Shown: positions 34,714-45,401, counted from the stretch's first letter. The stretch: DNA of 64,000 nucleotides from Kofleriaceae bacterium (GCA_965215005.1 CBDCCZ010000001.1:64001-128000); one strand, 5' to 3'. Numbers and translations are program-made. Notes: generated from the sequence alone by a model not told the origin.

Positions 34714-36368
34714 GGCCGTCTATGAAGGAACTCGCGCACGAAGTCACGGAGCGAGTCGACGGAAAGCGGTTTGTCCAGCACCGGCTTCGAGATGGTGGAC
34801 AAGAAGGCGCGCGCTTGCGAGGTAAATGCACCGCCGGTCAGGAAAGCCAGTTTGTCAGCCTGGGCCGGCCAGCGCCGCTGCAGCTGTTGAAAGACCTCCA
34901 TCCCGGAGGTGTCCGGCATCATCAGGTCGCACAAGATCAAGTCGAAGCGCTCGCCATTGGCCAATCGCGCCAACGCGTCATCGCCGCGACTCTCGAATAC
35001 CACCTCGTGGTCGCCGCCGAGGATGCGCTCGATGCTGCGGCCAACGAATTGCTCATCGTCGATGACCAGAATGCGAGCCCGCGAGGGCGCCGGCCCCGCC
35101 ACTTCCGCCGCGGCAGGCTCGGCGCTCACCAACTCGTATCGCGGCAAGCGAATCTCGAAGCTCGAGCCGCGGCCGAGCTCGCTCGTGACCGTGAGCTCAC
35201 CGCAATGCGCGTGGACGATGTCGCGCGCCATGGTGAGACCTAGCCCCGTGCCTTCGCCGACGGCGCGAGTGGTAAAGAATGGGTCGAACAAGCGCGGAAG
35301 GTTCTCGGGTGGGATCCCCTCGCCGGTATCGCTCACCGCTAGCACGGCTGTTTCGTCTACCTGACGCAGGCGTACGGTGATCTGATGCTTCGGTGCGGCA
35401 CCCTCTCGTATTGCTTGCGCCGCGTTGAGGAGCAGGTTCAGTACCACTCGGCTCAGCTGCGAGGCGCAGCCATAAATTGGCGGCAATGGCTCGTAGTCTT
35501 TCACGAGTCGCGCTCGATGACGGATCTGATTGAAGGCCATATTTACGGCCGCATCGGTGATACGGGTGAGGTCAACGCTGTCCCAGGTGCCGCCGACGCG
35601 AGATATCGTTCGCAAGTCGCGGATGATTCCCGAGATGCGCTCGGTGCCCTCCCGGGCCTCGTACAGCGCTACCTGAAGGTCATCGACCATCTTGACCGCT
35701 GCACCGCGCTGCTCATCATCGGCCCCGCTGGTCAGCGCGCGGGCGATGACCTGAAGATCACGTCTCACGATGTCGATGTTGCCGCCGATGTAGGTCAGCG
35801 GGTTGTTGATCTCGTGGCCGACTCCTGAGGCCAGAGTGCCGACGGCGACCATTCGGTCGAGCTCCATCATCTTGGCGACCAGCTTTTGCTGGCTGGTGGT
35901 GTCGCGTAAGACGCACATCACCTCGTCGGCTGCACTCGGCGCGCTGGCGACTTGAAAGTGGCGCGCGCCGCCGTCGAGCTCGATTTCCAGCTCGAGAGAG
36001 TGCGTGGTTTGAGTGGCCAACGTCGTGGCAACCAGCTCGCCGAGCTCTCGGCAGATCGCTTTCGGCAGGTTCAGCTCGTCAATGCAACTGCTTTCAACAC
36101 CGTCAACGGACACCCCGAGCATTTCCAGACCGCTGCCGTCGCGCGCTTTGATGCTCACGAACGTGCCGTCGCCGCGAATGCAGAGCACCGCGTCGGCCAA
36201 GGCTTCACCGAGCGCTCGCGCGCGGCGCTGTGCCTCCTGTGCGCGACTCTGCGCGCTCTCGAGCTCCGGGCCGGGATCAGCGGCGCCAGCCGTGCTCTGT
36301 TGGTGTTGCATGGGGCGGCGATGATGATAACGCACGCCAGCACGTGTGGGTGGATGACGTCGTGTCAC
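34710..36368 (-). CDS. Hybrid sensor histidine kinase (PAS-HisKA-HATPase-REC)
   Basis: GHEINNPL, NLLLNAAQA, DTGEGI, FDPFFTT, GTGLGL, ILVIDDE, CDLMMP. Confidence 0.92.
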   Translation of the reverse strand: MTRRHPPTRAGVRYHHRRPMQHQQSTAGAADPGPELESAQSRAQEAQRRARALGEALADAVLCIRGDGTFVSIKARDGSGLEMLGVSVDGVESSCIDELNLPKAICRELGELVATTLATQTTHSLELEIELDGGARHFQVASAPSAADEVMCVLRDTTSQQKLVAKMMELDRMVAVGTLASGVGHEINNPLTYIGGNIDIVRRDLQVIARALTSGADDEQRGAAVKMVDDLQVALYEAREGTERISGIIRDLRTISRVGGTWDSVDLTRITDAAVNMAFNQIRHRARLVKDYEPLPPIYGCASQLSRVVLNLLLNAAQAIREGAAPKHQITVRLRQVDETAVLAVSDTGEGIPPENLPRLFDPFFTTRAVGEGTGLGLTMARDIVHAHCGELTVTSELGRGSSFEIRLPRYELVSAEPAAAEVAGPAPSRARILVIDDEQFVGRSIERILGGDHEVVFESRGDDALARLANGERFDLILCDLMMPDTSGMEVFQQLQRRWPAQADKLAFLTGGAFTSQARAFLSTISKPVLDKPLSVDSLRDFVREFLHRRP

Positions 36369-37594
36369 CCCCGCGGTGCGAACAGCTCAGGCAGGACTTG
36401 TCCGCTGTCCACGGCGCTTATTGGCCGCCCAGCGCGCGACATTCGCCGGCGATCCCCGTCGATCCCGAGGGACGCCGCGACGGACGCGTAGACATCAGCC
36501 ACCGAAGCCGGGCTGCCGACGACGTTGCTGCCGTCTGCGGTCGTGGCGCCGAGCGCGATGCCGCCGCGTACTCCGCCGCCGGCCAGCACCAGCGGCGTGA
36601 CTTTGGGATAGTGATCGCGTCCGCCGCGAGCGTTGAGGTGCGGGGTCCTGCCGAACTCGCCGGCCCAGACGAGCAGCGTACTTTCGAGCTGTCCACGGGC
36701 CGACAGATCGTCGAGCAGCGCCGAAAATCCCAGATCGAGCTCGCCGAGCAGCGGCTGGGTGCGCGCCTGATGATCGGTGTGCGTGTCCCAGCCGCTCTGA
36801 GTGACGGTGACAAACGTCGCGCCCGCCTCGATGAGCCGTCGCGCCATTAGGCAGCCGCGGCCAAATTTGTTGTCGCCGTAGCGACTGCGAACCTCGAGCG
36901 GCTCGACGTCGATGTCGAAGGCGGCCGCTTCAGCGGCGCGGGCGAGGGCGATGGCGCGCTCGTGGGCGGTGCGGTGCGCGGTGACCACCGAGTCGTCGTG
37001 TTGCCGCGCAAAGTCGCGCTCGAGACTCCGCCAGAGCTGTTCGCGATCCGCGACGCGGGCAGCGGCTAGACCGCCAGCTGGAGCCAGATTTTCAGCCCCT
37101 CGGCGGGCATCGGGAACCTGAAAGGGCGCTTGTGCAGGGCCGAGGAACCCCGGGCCGGGCCCCGGCTCGCCGATCTCGATGAATCCCGGCAACGCACTCG
37201 CTTGGCGCTCGGAGGCGACCAGTGCGCCGAACGCCGGATGTTCGACCCCGGCCGCTGACGCATGGCCGGTGAGCATGAGGTGCCGAGCCCGCTGATGGTT
37301 GCCTTCGCCGCTCGCCAGCGAACGCACGATGGCCAGATGATGCGCTCGCTCCGCCAGCTGCGGCAGCCGCGCGCCGAGCTCGATGCCTGCGACACTGCTG
37401 GCTAGCGCGGCCGATGCGTTTGGCAGGTCGGGTTTGGGATCAAAGGTGTCCAAGGCGCAAGGGCCGCCGGCCATGAAGAGGAAGATGCAGCGCTTGCGAG
37501 CGGGTGAGGCCGCGGCCGCCTGCTCGAGTCGTAGCGGCAGCGCGGCCATTCCGAGCGCGCCAAGCCCCACCTGTAAGAACTGTCGCCGTTTCAT
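36365..37594 (-). CDS. DUF1501 domain protein with Tat signal
   Basis: MKRRQFL; IFLFMAGGP..LDTFDPKP, FGRGCLMARRLIEAG, GWDTH, GEFGRTP, GRDHYP. Confidence 0.92.
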   Translation of the reverse strand: MKRRQFLQVGLGALGMAALPLRLEQAAAASPARKRCIFLFMAGGPCALDTFDPKPDLPNASAALASSVAGIELGARLPQLAERAHHLAIVRSLASGEGNHQRARHLMLTGHASAAGVEHPAFGALVASERQASALPGFIEIGEPGPGPGFLGPAQAPFQVPDARRGAENLAPAGGLAAARVADREQLWRSLERDFARQHDDSVVTAHRTAHERAIALARAAEAAAFDIDVEPLEVRSRYGDNKFGRGCLMARRLIEAGATFVTVTQSGWDTHTDHQARTQPLLGELDLGFSALLDDLSARGQLESTLLVWAGEFGRTPHLNARGGRDHYPKVTPLVLAGGGVRGGIALGATTADGSNVVGSPASVADVYASVAASLGIDGDRRRMSRAGRPISAVDSGQVLPELFAPRG

Positions 37595-37602
37595 ACATTC
37601 CC

Positions 37603-39120
37603 TCAGTGGTTGGTGGTGAACTCGGTGGAGGTGAGAAGCGCATGAAAAAGATCTTCGTAGGCGCTGCGGGCATCGCCTCGCACTTGCAGAAACTCCAGAA
37701 GTCGCTCTGATTCAGCCGCCGTTGGCTGGCGCGTGAGAGCTGTCAAGAACAGCCAATCGAGGCGCAGTGCCGGATCGGTGGTGCGTTCATAGATGCGCGC
37801 CAGGACGCTGCCCCGGTGAGCTCGTGCGCCGATGCTGGTGAGCACGCCATTTCGCTCCAGCAGCGCGCGAGGCATGCTGCCGGCGTCCTCCGCACCTTCG
37901 CCGAGCACCGTGCGCAGCTCGCGGAGCCAGCGATTGCGGCGATTGTTGGTTCGATCGGCGGGATCGCGCTCTTGCGCGTCGCGGTCGAATCCGGTCGCCC
38001 ACAGCAGTGACTCGAGGAGCTGCTCGGGACTCAGCACGCGAACGCGAGCCGCCGCGAAGTGCTGTCGCTGCTTCGCAGTGGTGTTTCGCGAGGTGCGCTG
38101 ATACGTCCTCGAGGTGACCAGCCCCTTGAGGAGCGCCCGCCGATCAAAGCCGCTCTTGCCGAACGCGCGGGCAAGCCGCACGAGCAGGCGCGGCGGCGCA
38201 TCTTCCAGATCGTCCCACGCATCGACGGGTGCGGCGCCAAACAGCTGCTGCCAGTGAAACGCTACGGTCACCTGCGCAAAGCGTCGCGTGCCGACGATGG
38301 CCCTGGCCAGAGCTGCGCGGCGCTGCGTGGCGTCGCTAGGACGGGCGCCGAAGAACGCCGGTTCCAGGTCGCGGAAGTCGCTCTTCTTGCCGCTGCCGTC
38401 GACGAGCACGCGGTCGCCGGTGGTGTGGTCTGGGCGAACCGCGGAGTCGCCAAAGAAGGCGGCAAAGCGGCGGAAATCGTCCTGCTTGAAGCGGCGATCA
38501 TATGGATGGTCGTGGCACTGGGCGCACTGGAGCTGGAGGCCGAGAAAGACTCTGGCGGTGGTGCCGGCGAGGTCTTCGATGCCGCCGCTGCCGGTTAGCC
38601 GCGAAGCGACGAAGAACGCCGGTCCTTCATTGATTGTGCCGGTGGCGGTGAGGAGTGCCGTGACGAGGGCGCTCATGTCGATGTTGGCGGCGAGCTGCTC
38701 GATGAGCCAACGGCGCGAGCCCGAGCGCTCGATCGACGCGCGCTGCTGTGCAGGCACCAGCAGCCCGAGGTAGATGTCGGCCCAGCGCGCCGGGTGCGCC
38801 GGTGAGTCGAGCAGCCGGTCCACCAAGCGCTCGCGCTTGTGCTCATCCCGATCGGTGAGAAATTCTAGCGCTTCGCCAGTGGTCGGTGTGCGCCCTACCA
38901 AATCGAGGGTAACGCGCCGCAAGTACTCGCCATCGCCTGCTCGGGGAGCGGGCTCGATATCGGCGCGTTGCCAGCTGGCGTGGGATTCCTCGTCAACGAG
39001 GCGCGCGAAGGCACGCCACGAGGTGTCAGCGTCATTGGGGGCGGCCTGCACGTGCGCAGCCGAGGCGGCTACGAGAAGCATCGCGGCAACACGAACCAAT
39101 CTGGCGCAGGACATGCTCAT
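37603..39120 (-). CDS. DUF1549/DUF1553 domain protein
   Basis: YLRRVTLDLVGRTPT, VDRLLDSP, FLGLQLQCAQCHDHP, R.LSPEQLLES, LLTSTEFTTNH; signal peptide; start approximate. Confidence 0.9.
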   Translation of the reverse strand: MSMSCARLVRVAAMLLVAASAAHVQAAPNDADTSWRAFARLVDEESHASWQRADIEPAPRAGDGEYLRRVTLDLVGRTPTTGEALEFLTDRDEHKRERLVDRLLDSPAHPARWADIYLGLLVPAQQRASIERSGSRRWLIEQLAANIDMSALVTALLTATGTINEGPAFFVASRLTGSGGIEDLAGTTARVFLGLQLQCAQCHDHPYDRRFKQDDFRRFAAFFGDSAVRPDHTTGDRVLVDGSGKKSDFRDLEPAFFGARPSDATQRRAALARAIVGTRRFAQVTVAFHWQQLFGAAPVDAWDDLEDAPPRLLVRLARAFGKSGFDRRALLKGLVTSRTYQRTSRNTTAKQRQHFAAARVRVLSPEQLLESLLWATGFDRDAQERDPADRTNNRRNRWLRELRTVLGEGAEDAGSMPRALLERNGVLTSIGARAHRGSVLARIYERTTDPALRLDWLFLTALTRQPTAAESERLLEFLQVRGDARSAYEDLFHALLTSTEFTTNH

Positions 39121-39391
39121 GAGACGTTCGGACCCCGCAGCAGCCGCAAGGTTAACCGCTCGAGTCGGAGCGAATCCTGAAGCAGGCATCGGACTCGGCG
39201 GAGCGCGGGTGCGAAAACGTCGCGCAGGTGGCGGTGAAATGCCCGCTGCTCCATCGACTGGTGTAACCTCCGCGCGCCTTTGCGACTGCAACGAAACAGT
39301 GGGTGCGAGCTTCCAACGCAGCTAGAGCGACGGCAGGCGCGTTTGACGCGCGTGAAGTAAATGTGATTACAGTCCGCGGCCGGAGTTATCG

Positions 39392-40081
39392 ATGAGCTGG
39401 TTCAGCAAGTATGTACGTTCCTCGGTGGGTGCCAAGCACCTCATGGCGGTCACCGGTATCGCGCTGGTGATGTTCGTGGTCGCCCACATGCTCGGCAACC
39501 TGCTCGTGTTTGCGGGACCGAACGCGCTCAACGGGTATGCGCAGAATCTGCACGATACCGGTGGACTGCTGTGGGTAGCCCGCGCCGGGCTGTTGCTCGC
39601 TGTGGTCCTCCACATCGCCGCCTCGGTTCGGCTCACGGCGCTCAACAAGGCGGCTCGGCCGGACGGTTACGTTCGCTACAAACCGCGGCGCTCGCCGTTC
39701 TATTCGCGCGTCATGCCGTGGACTGGCCTGCTCCTGCTGCTCTTCATCATCTTTCATCTCTTGCACTTCACCTTTGGCGTGGTGCTGCCTGATGCCTATG
39801 GCCACACCGATGCGCTGGGGCGGCACGATGTATACGGGATGGTGGTGCGCGGCTTTCAGCAGCCCATCGTCACCATCACGTACATCATTGCGATGGTGTT
39901 TCTGTGCATGCACCTGGCGCATGGCGTCTCCAGCATGTTTCAGTCGCTTGGCATCAATCATCCCAAATACAACCCCATCATCATGAAGCTCGGGCCGATC
40001 ACCGGCATCGTTCTCTTCCTTGGCAACGCAGCGATGCCCCTCGCGGTTCTCGCCGGCCTCGTCACTCTGCCCGGAGCGTAG
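39392..40081 (+). CDS. sdhC: Succinate dehydrogenase cytochrome b subunit
   Basis: SSVGAK..MAVTG, HMLGNL, FHLLHFT, HLAHG..SMFQSLG. Confidence 0.93.
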   Translation: MSWFSKYVRSSVGAKHLMAVTGIALVMFVVAHMLGNLLVFAGPNALNGYAQNLHDTGGLLWVARAGLLLAVVLHIAASVRLTALNKAARPDGYVRYKPRRSPFYSRVMPWTGLLLLLFIIFHLLHFTFGVVLPDAYGHTDALGRHDVYGMVVRGFQQPIVTITYIIAMVFLCMHLAHGVSSMFQSLGINHPKYNPIIMKLGPITGIVLFLGNAAMPLAVLAGLVTLPGA

Positions 40082-40086
40082 TTCTC

Positions 40087-42003
40087 ATGGACCTCGACGC
40101 ACGCATTCCCAGTGGTCCCATCGAGCAAAAATGGGACAACGCCAAGTTCGAGCTCAAGCTCGTCAATCCGGCCAACAAGCGCAAGTTCGACATCATCGTG
40201 GTGGGTTCGGGTCTGGCGGGTGGTGGCGCGGCCGCCACGCTCGCTGAGCTTGGCTACAATGTTGCCTGCTTTTGCTATCAAGACAGTCCGCGGCGCGCGC
40301 ACTCGATCGCCGCACAAGGCGGCATCAATGCCGCCAAGAACTATCAGAACGACGGAGATAGCGTCTTTCGACTGTTCTACGACACAGTGAAAGGCGGGGA
40401 CTTCCGGTCGCGTGAGGCCAACGTATATCGGTTGGCGCAGGTGAGTGTCGACATCATCGATCAAGCCACGGCGCAGGGCGTGCCATTTGCGCGCGAGTAC
40501 GGCGGTACGCTGGCCAATCGCTCGTTTGGCGGCGCGCAAGTTTCCAGGACGTTCTATGCGCGCGGCCAAACCGGCCAACAGCTGCTGCTCGGGGTCTACG
40601 CGGCGCTGAGCCGGCAAATCGCTGCTGGCAAGGTCACGATGTTCCCGCGCAGCGAGATGCTCGAGCTGGTGGTGGTCGATGGTCGTGCCGCCGGCGTGAT
40701 CATCCGCAATTTGGTCACTGGAAAGGTCGAGTCGTTCTCTGGGCACGCGGTGCTACTGGCCACCGGCGGCTACTCCAACGCGTTCTTCTTGTCGACCAAC
40801 GCTATGGGCTGCAATGTCACAGCGGCTTGGCGCGCTTACAAGAAGGGCGCAGGCTTCGCCAATCCTTGCTACACGCAGATTCATCCAACCTGCATCCCGC
40901 AAAGCGGCGACTACCAGTCCAAGCTTACCTTGATGAGCGAGTCCCTGCGCAACGACGGCCGGGTCTGGGTTCCGAAGAACAAGGATGATCTCGACAAGAA
41001 CGCAACTGACATCCCCGACGATCGCCGCGATTACTACCTCGAGCGCAAGTACCCGAGCTTTGGCAATCTAGCGCCGCGCGACATCGCGTCGCGTAGCGCC
41101 AAAGAGGTGTGCGATGCGGGGCACGGCGTTGGGCCTGGCGGCCGCGGGGTTTATCTCGACTTTCGCGACTCAATCAAGCGGCTCGGGGCGGATATGATCA
41201 GCGCCCGCTACGGCAACTTGTTCGACATGTACGCCAAGATCACGGATGAGAATCCGTATCGCGCGCCTATGCGAATCTATCCAGCGCCTCACTACACCAT
41301 GGGTGGGCTATGGGTGGATTATCACCTGCAAAGCACGATTCCTGGCTTGTTCGTGCTCGGCGAGGCCAACTTCTCGGACCATGGTGCCAATCGTCTCGGT
41401 GCATCAGCGCTCATGCAGGGACTAGCCGATGGATACTTCGTCATCCCCTACACGCTCGGCCATTACCTCGCAACTGCCAAGCCGCAGAAGGTAGCAACGG
41501 ATCATCCCGAGTTTCGCCGCGCCGAAGAGGAGATTCGCGGCAAAGTCAATCGCTTCTTATCGATAAATGGCAAACGCACGGTAGATTCCTTCCACCGTGA
41601 GCTCGGAACGCTTCTTTGGGACCATTGCGGCATGGCGCGCAATCGGGTTGGCCTCGAGAAAGCAATCGCTACGATTCCGGCACTGCGCGCGGAGTTCTGG
41701 GAGAACGTGCGCGTTCTCGGCGACGGCGACACGTTCAATCAGAGTCTGGAGAAGGCAGGCCGAGTTGCCGACTTTCTCGAGTTTGGCGAGCTGATGTGCC
41801 GCGATGCTCTGGCTCGTGAAGAGAGCTGTGGCGGCCATTTTCGTGAAGAACATCAGACCGCCGAGGGTGAGGCCGAGCGCGATGATGAGAACTTTGCTCA
41901 TGCCGCCGTCTGGGAGTACACGGGCGCGCAACGTGATCCCGTACGTCACAAGGAAGAACTGACGTTCGAAAACGTCAAGCTCGCTATCAGGAGTTATAAA
42001 TAA
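40087..42003 (+). CDS. sdhA: Succinate dehydrogenase / fumarate reductase flavoprotein subunit
   Basis: [48 protein letters not shown]. Confidence 0.96.
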   Translation: MDLDARIPSGPIEQKWDNAKFELKLVNPANKRKFDIIVVGSGLAGGGAAATLAELGYNVACFCYQDSPRRAHSIAAQGGINAAKNYQNDGDSVFRLFYDTVKGGDFRSREANVYRLAQVSVDIIDQATAQGVPFAREYGGTLANRSFGGAQVSRTFYARGQTGQQLLLGVYAALSRQIAAGKVTMFPRSEMLELVVVDGRAAGVIIRNLVTGKVESFSGHAVLLATGGYSNAFFLSTNAMGCNVTAAWRAYKKGAGFANPCYTQIHPTCIPQSGDYQSKLTLMSESLRNDGRVWVPKNKDDLDKNATDIPDDRRDYYLERKYPSFGNLAPRDIASRSAKEVCDAGHGVGPGGRGVYLDFRDSIKRLGADMISARYGNLFDMYAKITDENPYRAPMRIYPAPHYTMGGLWVDYHLQSTIPGLFVLGEANFSDHGANRLGASALMQGLADGYFVIPYTLGHYLATAKPQKVATDHPEFRRAEEEIRGKVNRFLSINGKRTVDSFHRELGTLLWDHCGMARNRVGLEKAIATIPALRAEFWENVRVLGDGDTFNQSLEKAGRVADFLEFGELMCRDALAREESCGGHFREEHQTAEGEAERDDENFAHAAVWEYTGAQRDPVRHKEELTFENVKLAIRSYK

Positions 42004-42752
42004 TGCGACTGACGCTGCACATCTGGCGACAGAAGGGCCCGAAGGCTCCTGGCAAGATGGTCAAATACGTCCTTGATGACGTAAGCGAGCACATGTCTTT
42101 TCTTGAGATGCTCGATGTCCTCAATGAGCAACTCACCGTGAAAGGCGAGGAGCCGGTCGCGTTCGACAGCGACTGTCGCGAAGGCATTTGCGGCACCTGT
42201 TCTATGGTGATCGACGGTCGCACCCACGGTCCGGAGAAGGGCACCACCGTCTGCCAGCTCCATATGCGCCGTTTCAAAGACGGTGATGAGATCTACATTG
42301 AGCCGTGGCGGTCGCGGGCGTTCCCAGTGCTGCGCGACCTGTGCGTCGACCGCTCCGCGTTCGACAAGATCATTCAAGCCGGCGGATACATCAGCTCGAA
42401 TGTCGGCTCAGCGCCAGACGCCAATGCCGTACCGATTCCCAAGGAAGAAGCCGATCGCGCTTTCGACGCCGCCACCTGCATTGGCTGCGGCGCGTGCGTG
42501 GCAGCGTGTCCCAACGGTTCGGCGATGCTGTTCACCGCCGCCAAGCTAGCCCATCTCCATCAGCTGCCGCAGGGGCAGGCGGAGCGCAAGCGGCGCACCA
42601 AAGACATGGTCGAGGCTATGGACGCCGCGGGATTTGGCAACTGCACCAATCTCTACGAGTGCGAAGCGGCTTGTCCAAAGGAGATCAAGCGCGAGGTCAT
42701 GGCGCTGATGTACCGGGATTACGCGAAGTCCGCGCTCACGTACCGCGACTGA
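42003..42752 (+). CDS. sdhB: Succinate dehydrogenase iron-sulfur subunit
   Basis: [34 protein letters not shown]. Confidence 0.96.
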   Translation: MRLTLHIWRQKGPKAPGKMVKYVLDDVSEHMSFLEMLDVLNEQLTVKGEEPVAFDSDCREGICGTCSMVIDGRTHGPEKGTTVCQLHMRRFKDGDEIYIEPWRSRAFPVLRDLCVDRSAFDKIIQAGGYISSNVGSAPDANAVPIPKEEADRAFDAATCIGCGACVAACPNGSAMLFTAAKLAHLHQLPQGQAERKRRTKDMVEAMDAAGFGNCTNLYECEAACPKEIKREVMALMYRDYAKSALTYRD

Positions 42753-42873
42753 GGGTTTCTGCTGCACACGCCACTCAGGCGTATTTCACCCGCGCTTTGG
42801 GCACGGTGGGTTTCTCGACTTTCTGCAGCTCCGGCCGGGCTCTCCTGGATTTGCGATGACCGCGACACGTTGG

Positions 42874-42889
42874 CGGCATGTGCTTTGCA
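42874..42889 (+). promoter_or_regulatory. Putative sigma54 promoter
   Basis: CGGCATGTGCTTTGCA. Confidence 0.7.
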
Positions 42890-42941
42890 AACTGGCGTTT
42901 ATGCGCCCACGGCGCAGGACTCGTCCAAAGGAGAACCCCGC

Positions 42942-43475
42942 ATGCAGAAACGTGTCGCTATTGCCTCCTATGAGGATCCTCAGGTCGCCCGCGACGTGAT
43001 CGCGGACCTGCGCGAATGCGGCTACGCCGATGAGCACGTGGGGGTGATTGTCCGCGATGCCGACGGCGAAGCGCGCGTCAAGACGGTCGATGAGGCTCGC
43101 GAGAGCCAGGTAGGTGCGGGCGCTGCCGCTGGTGCTGCGGCAGGCGCGGGTCTTGGCGGATTGTGGGCCCTGGCCGTGGCTGCCGGCGTGTTGCCCGCTA
43201 TCGGACCGGTGCTCGCGGGCGGCTTGCTCACCGCGATCGTTGCGAGCGCCGCTGCTGGCGCAACTGCAGGAGGGGCCACGGGGGCGCTGTTGGGTCTCGG
43301 CGCGGAGAAGGACGAGGCGGAGTTTTTCGCCGATGAGCTGAAGCGGGGACGCACGGTGGTCTTGGTGACCGCGGAAGACGATCTCACGCGGGCTTCAGCG
43401 ATACTGCGGCAGCATCGTGGCATTGACCAAGCGCGCTCGCTGGCGCGACTAGACGAGCAGGGCGCACCTATTTGA
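42942..43475 (+). CDS. General stress protein (17M/YflT-like, glycine zipper)
   Basis: GAAAGAAAGAGLGG, PAIGPVLAGG, GALLGLG....A......LKRGRTVVLV; AAGGAG SD. Confidence 0.85.
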   Translation: MQKRVAIASYEDPQVARDVIADLRECGYADEHVGVIVRDADGEARVKTVDEARESQVGAGAAAGAAAGAGLGGLWALAVAAGVLPAIGPVLAGGLLTAIVASAAAGATAGGATGALLGLGAEKDEAEFFADELKRGRTVVLVTAEDDLTRASAILRQHRGIDQARSLARLDEQGAPI

Positions 43476-43724
43476 CACACGGTGGCGGGACAACCCGCTC
43501 GATGTCGACGTGCCTCCCTGCCACGATGTGTCGCGACTCCGCACCCATCTCCTAGGGATCGTCGTGGCTCTAGCAGTAGGTGGTGCAGCAGGCTTGTGCG
43601 AGACGGTTTGGTACACGGACGCCCTCGTGACCAGGGACTAACCCGAAGCTCACCTCGGGTAACACGTAAAACCTCAGAGAACACGCGTTAACGACTCGGA
43701 TCTCCCCGCCATCACAGCCGTTTC

Positions 43725-43740
43725 TGGCCAGAGACTTGCA
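43725..43740 (+). promoter_or_regulatory. Putative sigma54 promoter
   Basis: TGGCCAGAGACTTGCA. Confidence 0.72.
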
Positions 43741-43754
43741 AAATGGCCGCACCC

Positions 43755-44690
43755 ATGGACACCGCGGTGCTCAATCGCATCTGGGAAAAAGTCGTTGGCT
43801 GGGGGGAGACACTGGTGGTGATGCTGCCGAACTTGGCAGTTGCCACTGTCGTCATCGTTCTCGCGTGGTTCTTCTCGCGTCTCGTCGCCAACGGCATCTG
43901 CCGGCTCATCCGTCGTTTCTCGAACCACGAGAGCCTCATCGAGCTGGTTCGCAAGCTCATTCGAGTCATCGTTCTCGGTATCGGTTTCGTGGTGGCGCTG
44001 CAGATTCTCGAGCTGGATAAGGCTGCCACGACGTTTCTCGCCGGCGCCGGTATCATTGGATTGGCTCTTGGTTTCGCATTTCAAGACTTGAGCGCCAACT
44101 TCATCTCTGGCGTGTTCCTCGCAGCTCGGCGGCCCATGCAAATCGGCGATATCGTCGAGACCAACGACTATATCGGTGTCGTGCAGGCGATTGAGCTGCG
44201 GTCTTCTCTCATCCGCACGTTTCAAGGCCAGATGGTGATGATGCCCAATCGTAAGATCTTCGAGGAGCCGTTGGTCAACTACTCGCAGCTCGGGCGCCGG
44301 CGAGTGGATCTGCCCGTGGGAGTCTCTTATGGAGACGATCTGCCAAGGGCCGCCGAAATTGCTGTGGAGGCGGTGCGCAGCGAGGTGGGGGGGGCCGAGC
44401 AGGTCGAAGCGTTCTACGAGGCGTTTGGCGATTCTTCGATCAACTTTCAGCTGCGATTTTGGGTATCGTTTCGCCGCCAGCCCGACTATCTCGAGGCGCG
44501 CAGCAAAGCGATCATGGCGATCAAGGCAGCATTCGATGCCAATGATGTAACTATCCCGTTCCCGATCCGCACGCTCGACTTCAGCGCTGTTGGTGGTGAG
44601 CAACTCGATGCGCAACTTTCGACGATCACCAACGATGCGCGACTCGCCCCGGCCGCATCGGCGCAATCGAGCGAACGCAGCAGGTCATGA
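43755..44690 (+). CDS. MscS family mechanosensitive channel
   Basis: LAGAGIIGLALGFAFQD...NFISG, FGDSSINF, TIPFPIRT; start 43755 preferred because 43743 lies upstream of the predicted sigma54 start site. Confidence 0.93.
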   Translation: MDTAVLNRIWEKVVGWGETLVVMLPNLAVATVVIVLAWFFSRLVANGICRLIRRFSNHESLIELVRKLIRVIVLGIGFVVALQILELDKAATTFLAGAGIIGLALGFAFQDLSANFISGVFLAARRPMQIGDIVETNDYIGVVQAIELRSSLIRTFQGQMVMMPNRKIFEEPLVNYSQLGRRRVDLPVGVSYGDDLPRAAEIAVEAVRSEVGGAEQVEAFYEAFGDSSINFQLRFWVSFRRQPDYLEARSKAIMAIKAAFDANDVTIPFPIRTLDFSAVGGEQLDAQLSTITNDARLAPAASAQSSERSRS

Positions 44691-44772
44691 TGGGCTCGGC
44701 AACAGCCGTTCATCACCTACTAGTGAAGCGACCAGCGAGCACGGCTCACGCGGTGTCGCACGAGGATGGACT

Positions 44773-44788
44773 CGGTATTCCAATTGCA
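44773..44788 (+). promoter_or_regulatory. Putative sigma54 promoter
   Basis: CGGTATTCCAATTGCA. Confidence 0.6.
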
Positions 44789-44801
44789 GACTGGAGAGAG
44801 C

Positions 44802-45401
44802 ATGAGCAAGGACGAAGGCTACAAAAAGCAGAACGAAGGCGAAGGCAGCAAGTCCGGCGCTCGCGCCTACAATAAAGGCGCAAAGGACTTTGCAGAGGAG
44901 GGACGTGTCGACTCCGCGGCTCGTGAAGCGGCCGAGAGCCTCGAGCGAGACCAGAAGGAGCTGAACGAGGCGGAACGAATCGGTCGTGCGCGCGCAGCGG
45001 AGGAAGACCCGCTGCTACGCGGCAAACGCGAAGATTTGAGCGCCACGCCGGAAACCTGGCGGCAAGCGATTTCGATCGCCAATAAGCTGGTCGAAAAGGG
45101 CTGTTCGGAGATGGACGCGCTGCGGCAGGCAATCGACGAGGTCGAGGCCGGAGGCAGCGATTCGAAATCTACTAAGGCCAAGAGCGGTGCTGCTCAGCAC
45201 GTGCTCTTCGAGCAAAATGCGTGGGTCATTCGTGCCGAAGGTGCCGATAGTCCCGCGGCACGATTCGACCATCTCGAAGATGCTTTGCGTCGCGCTCGCG
45301 ACCTCGCCATGGAGCAGAGCGCCACGCTCTGCGTGCATGATCCGGACGGCGCGATCATCGGCACGTATCGGCCCGGGCAGGGAGACGCGGTCCGGCACTG
45401 A
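44802..45401 (+). CDS. DUF2188 domain stress-type protein
   Basis: NEGEGSKSGARAYN module, AISIANKLVEKG module and C-terminal HV....W.IRAEG...A...ARDLA.....L.VH..DG.I. Confidence 0.75.
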   Translation: MSKDEGYKKQNEGEGSKSGARAYNKGAKDFAEEGRVDSAAREAAESLERDQKELNEAERIGRARAAEEDPLLRGKREDLSATPETWRQAISIANKLVEKGCSEMDALRQAIDEVEAGGSDSKSTKAKSGAAQHVLFEQNAWVIRAEGADSPAARFDHLEDALRRARDLAMEQSATLCVHDPDGAIIGTYRPGQGDAVRH

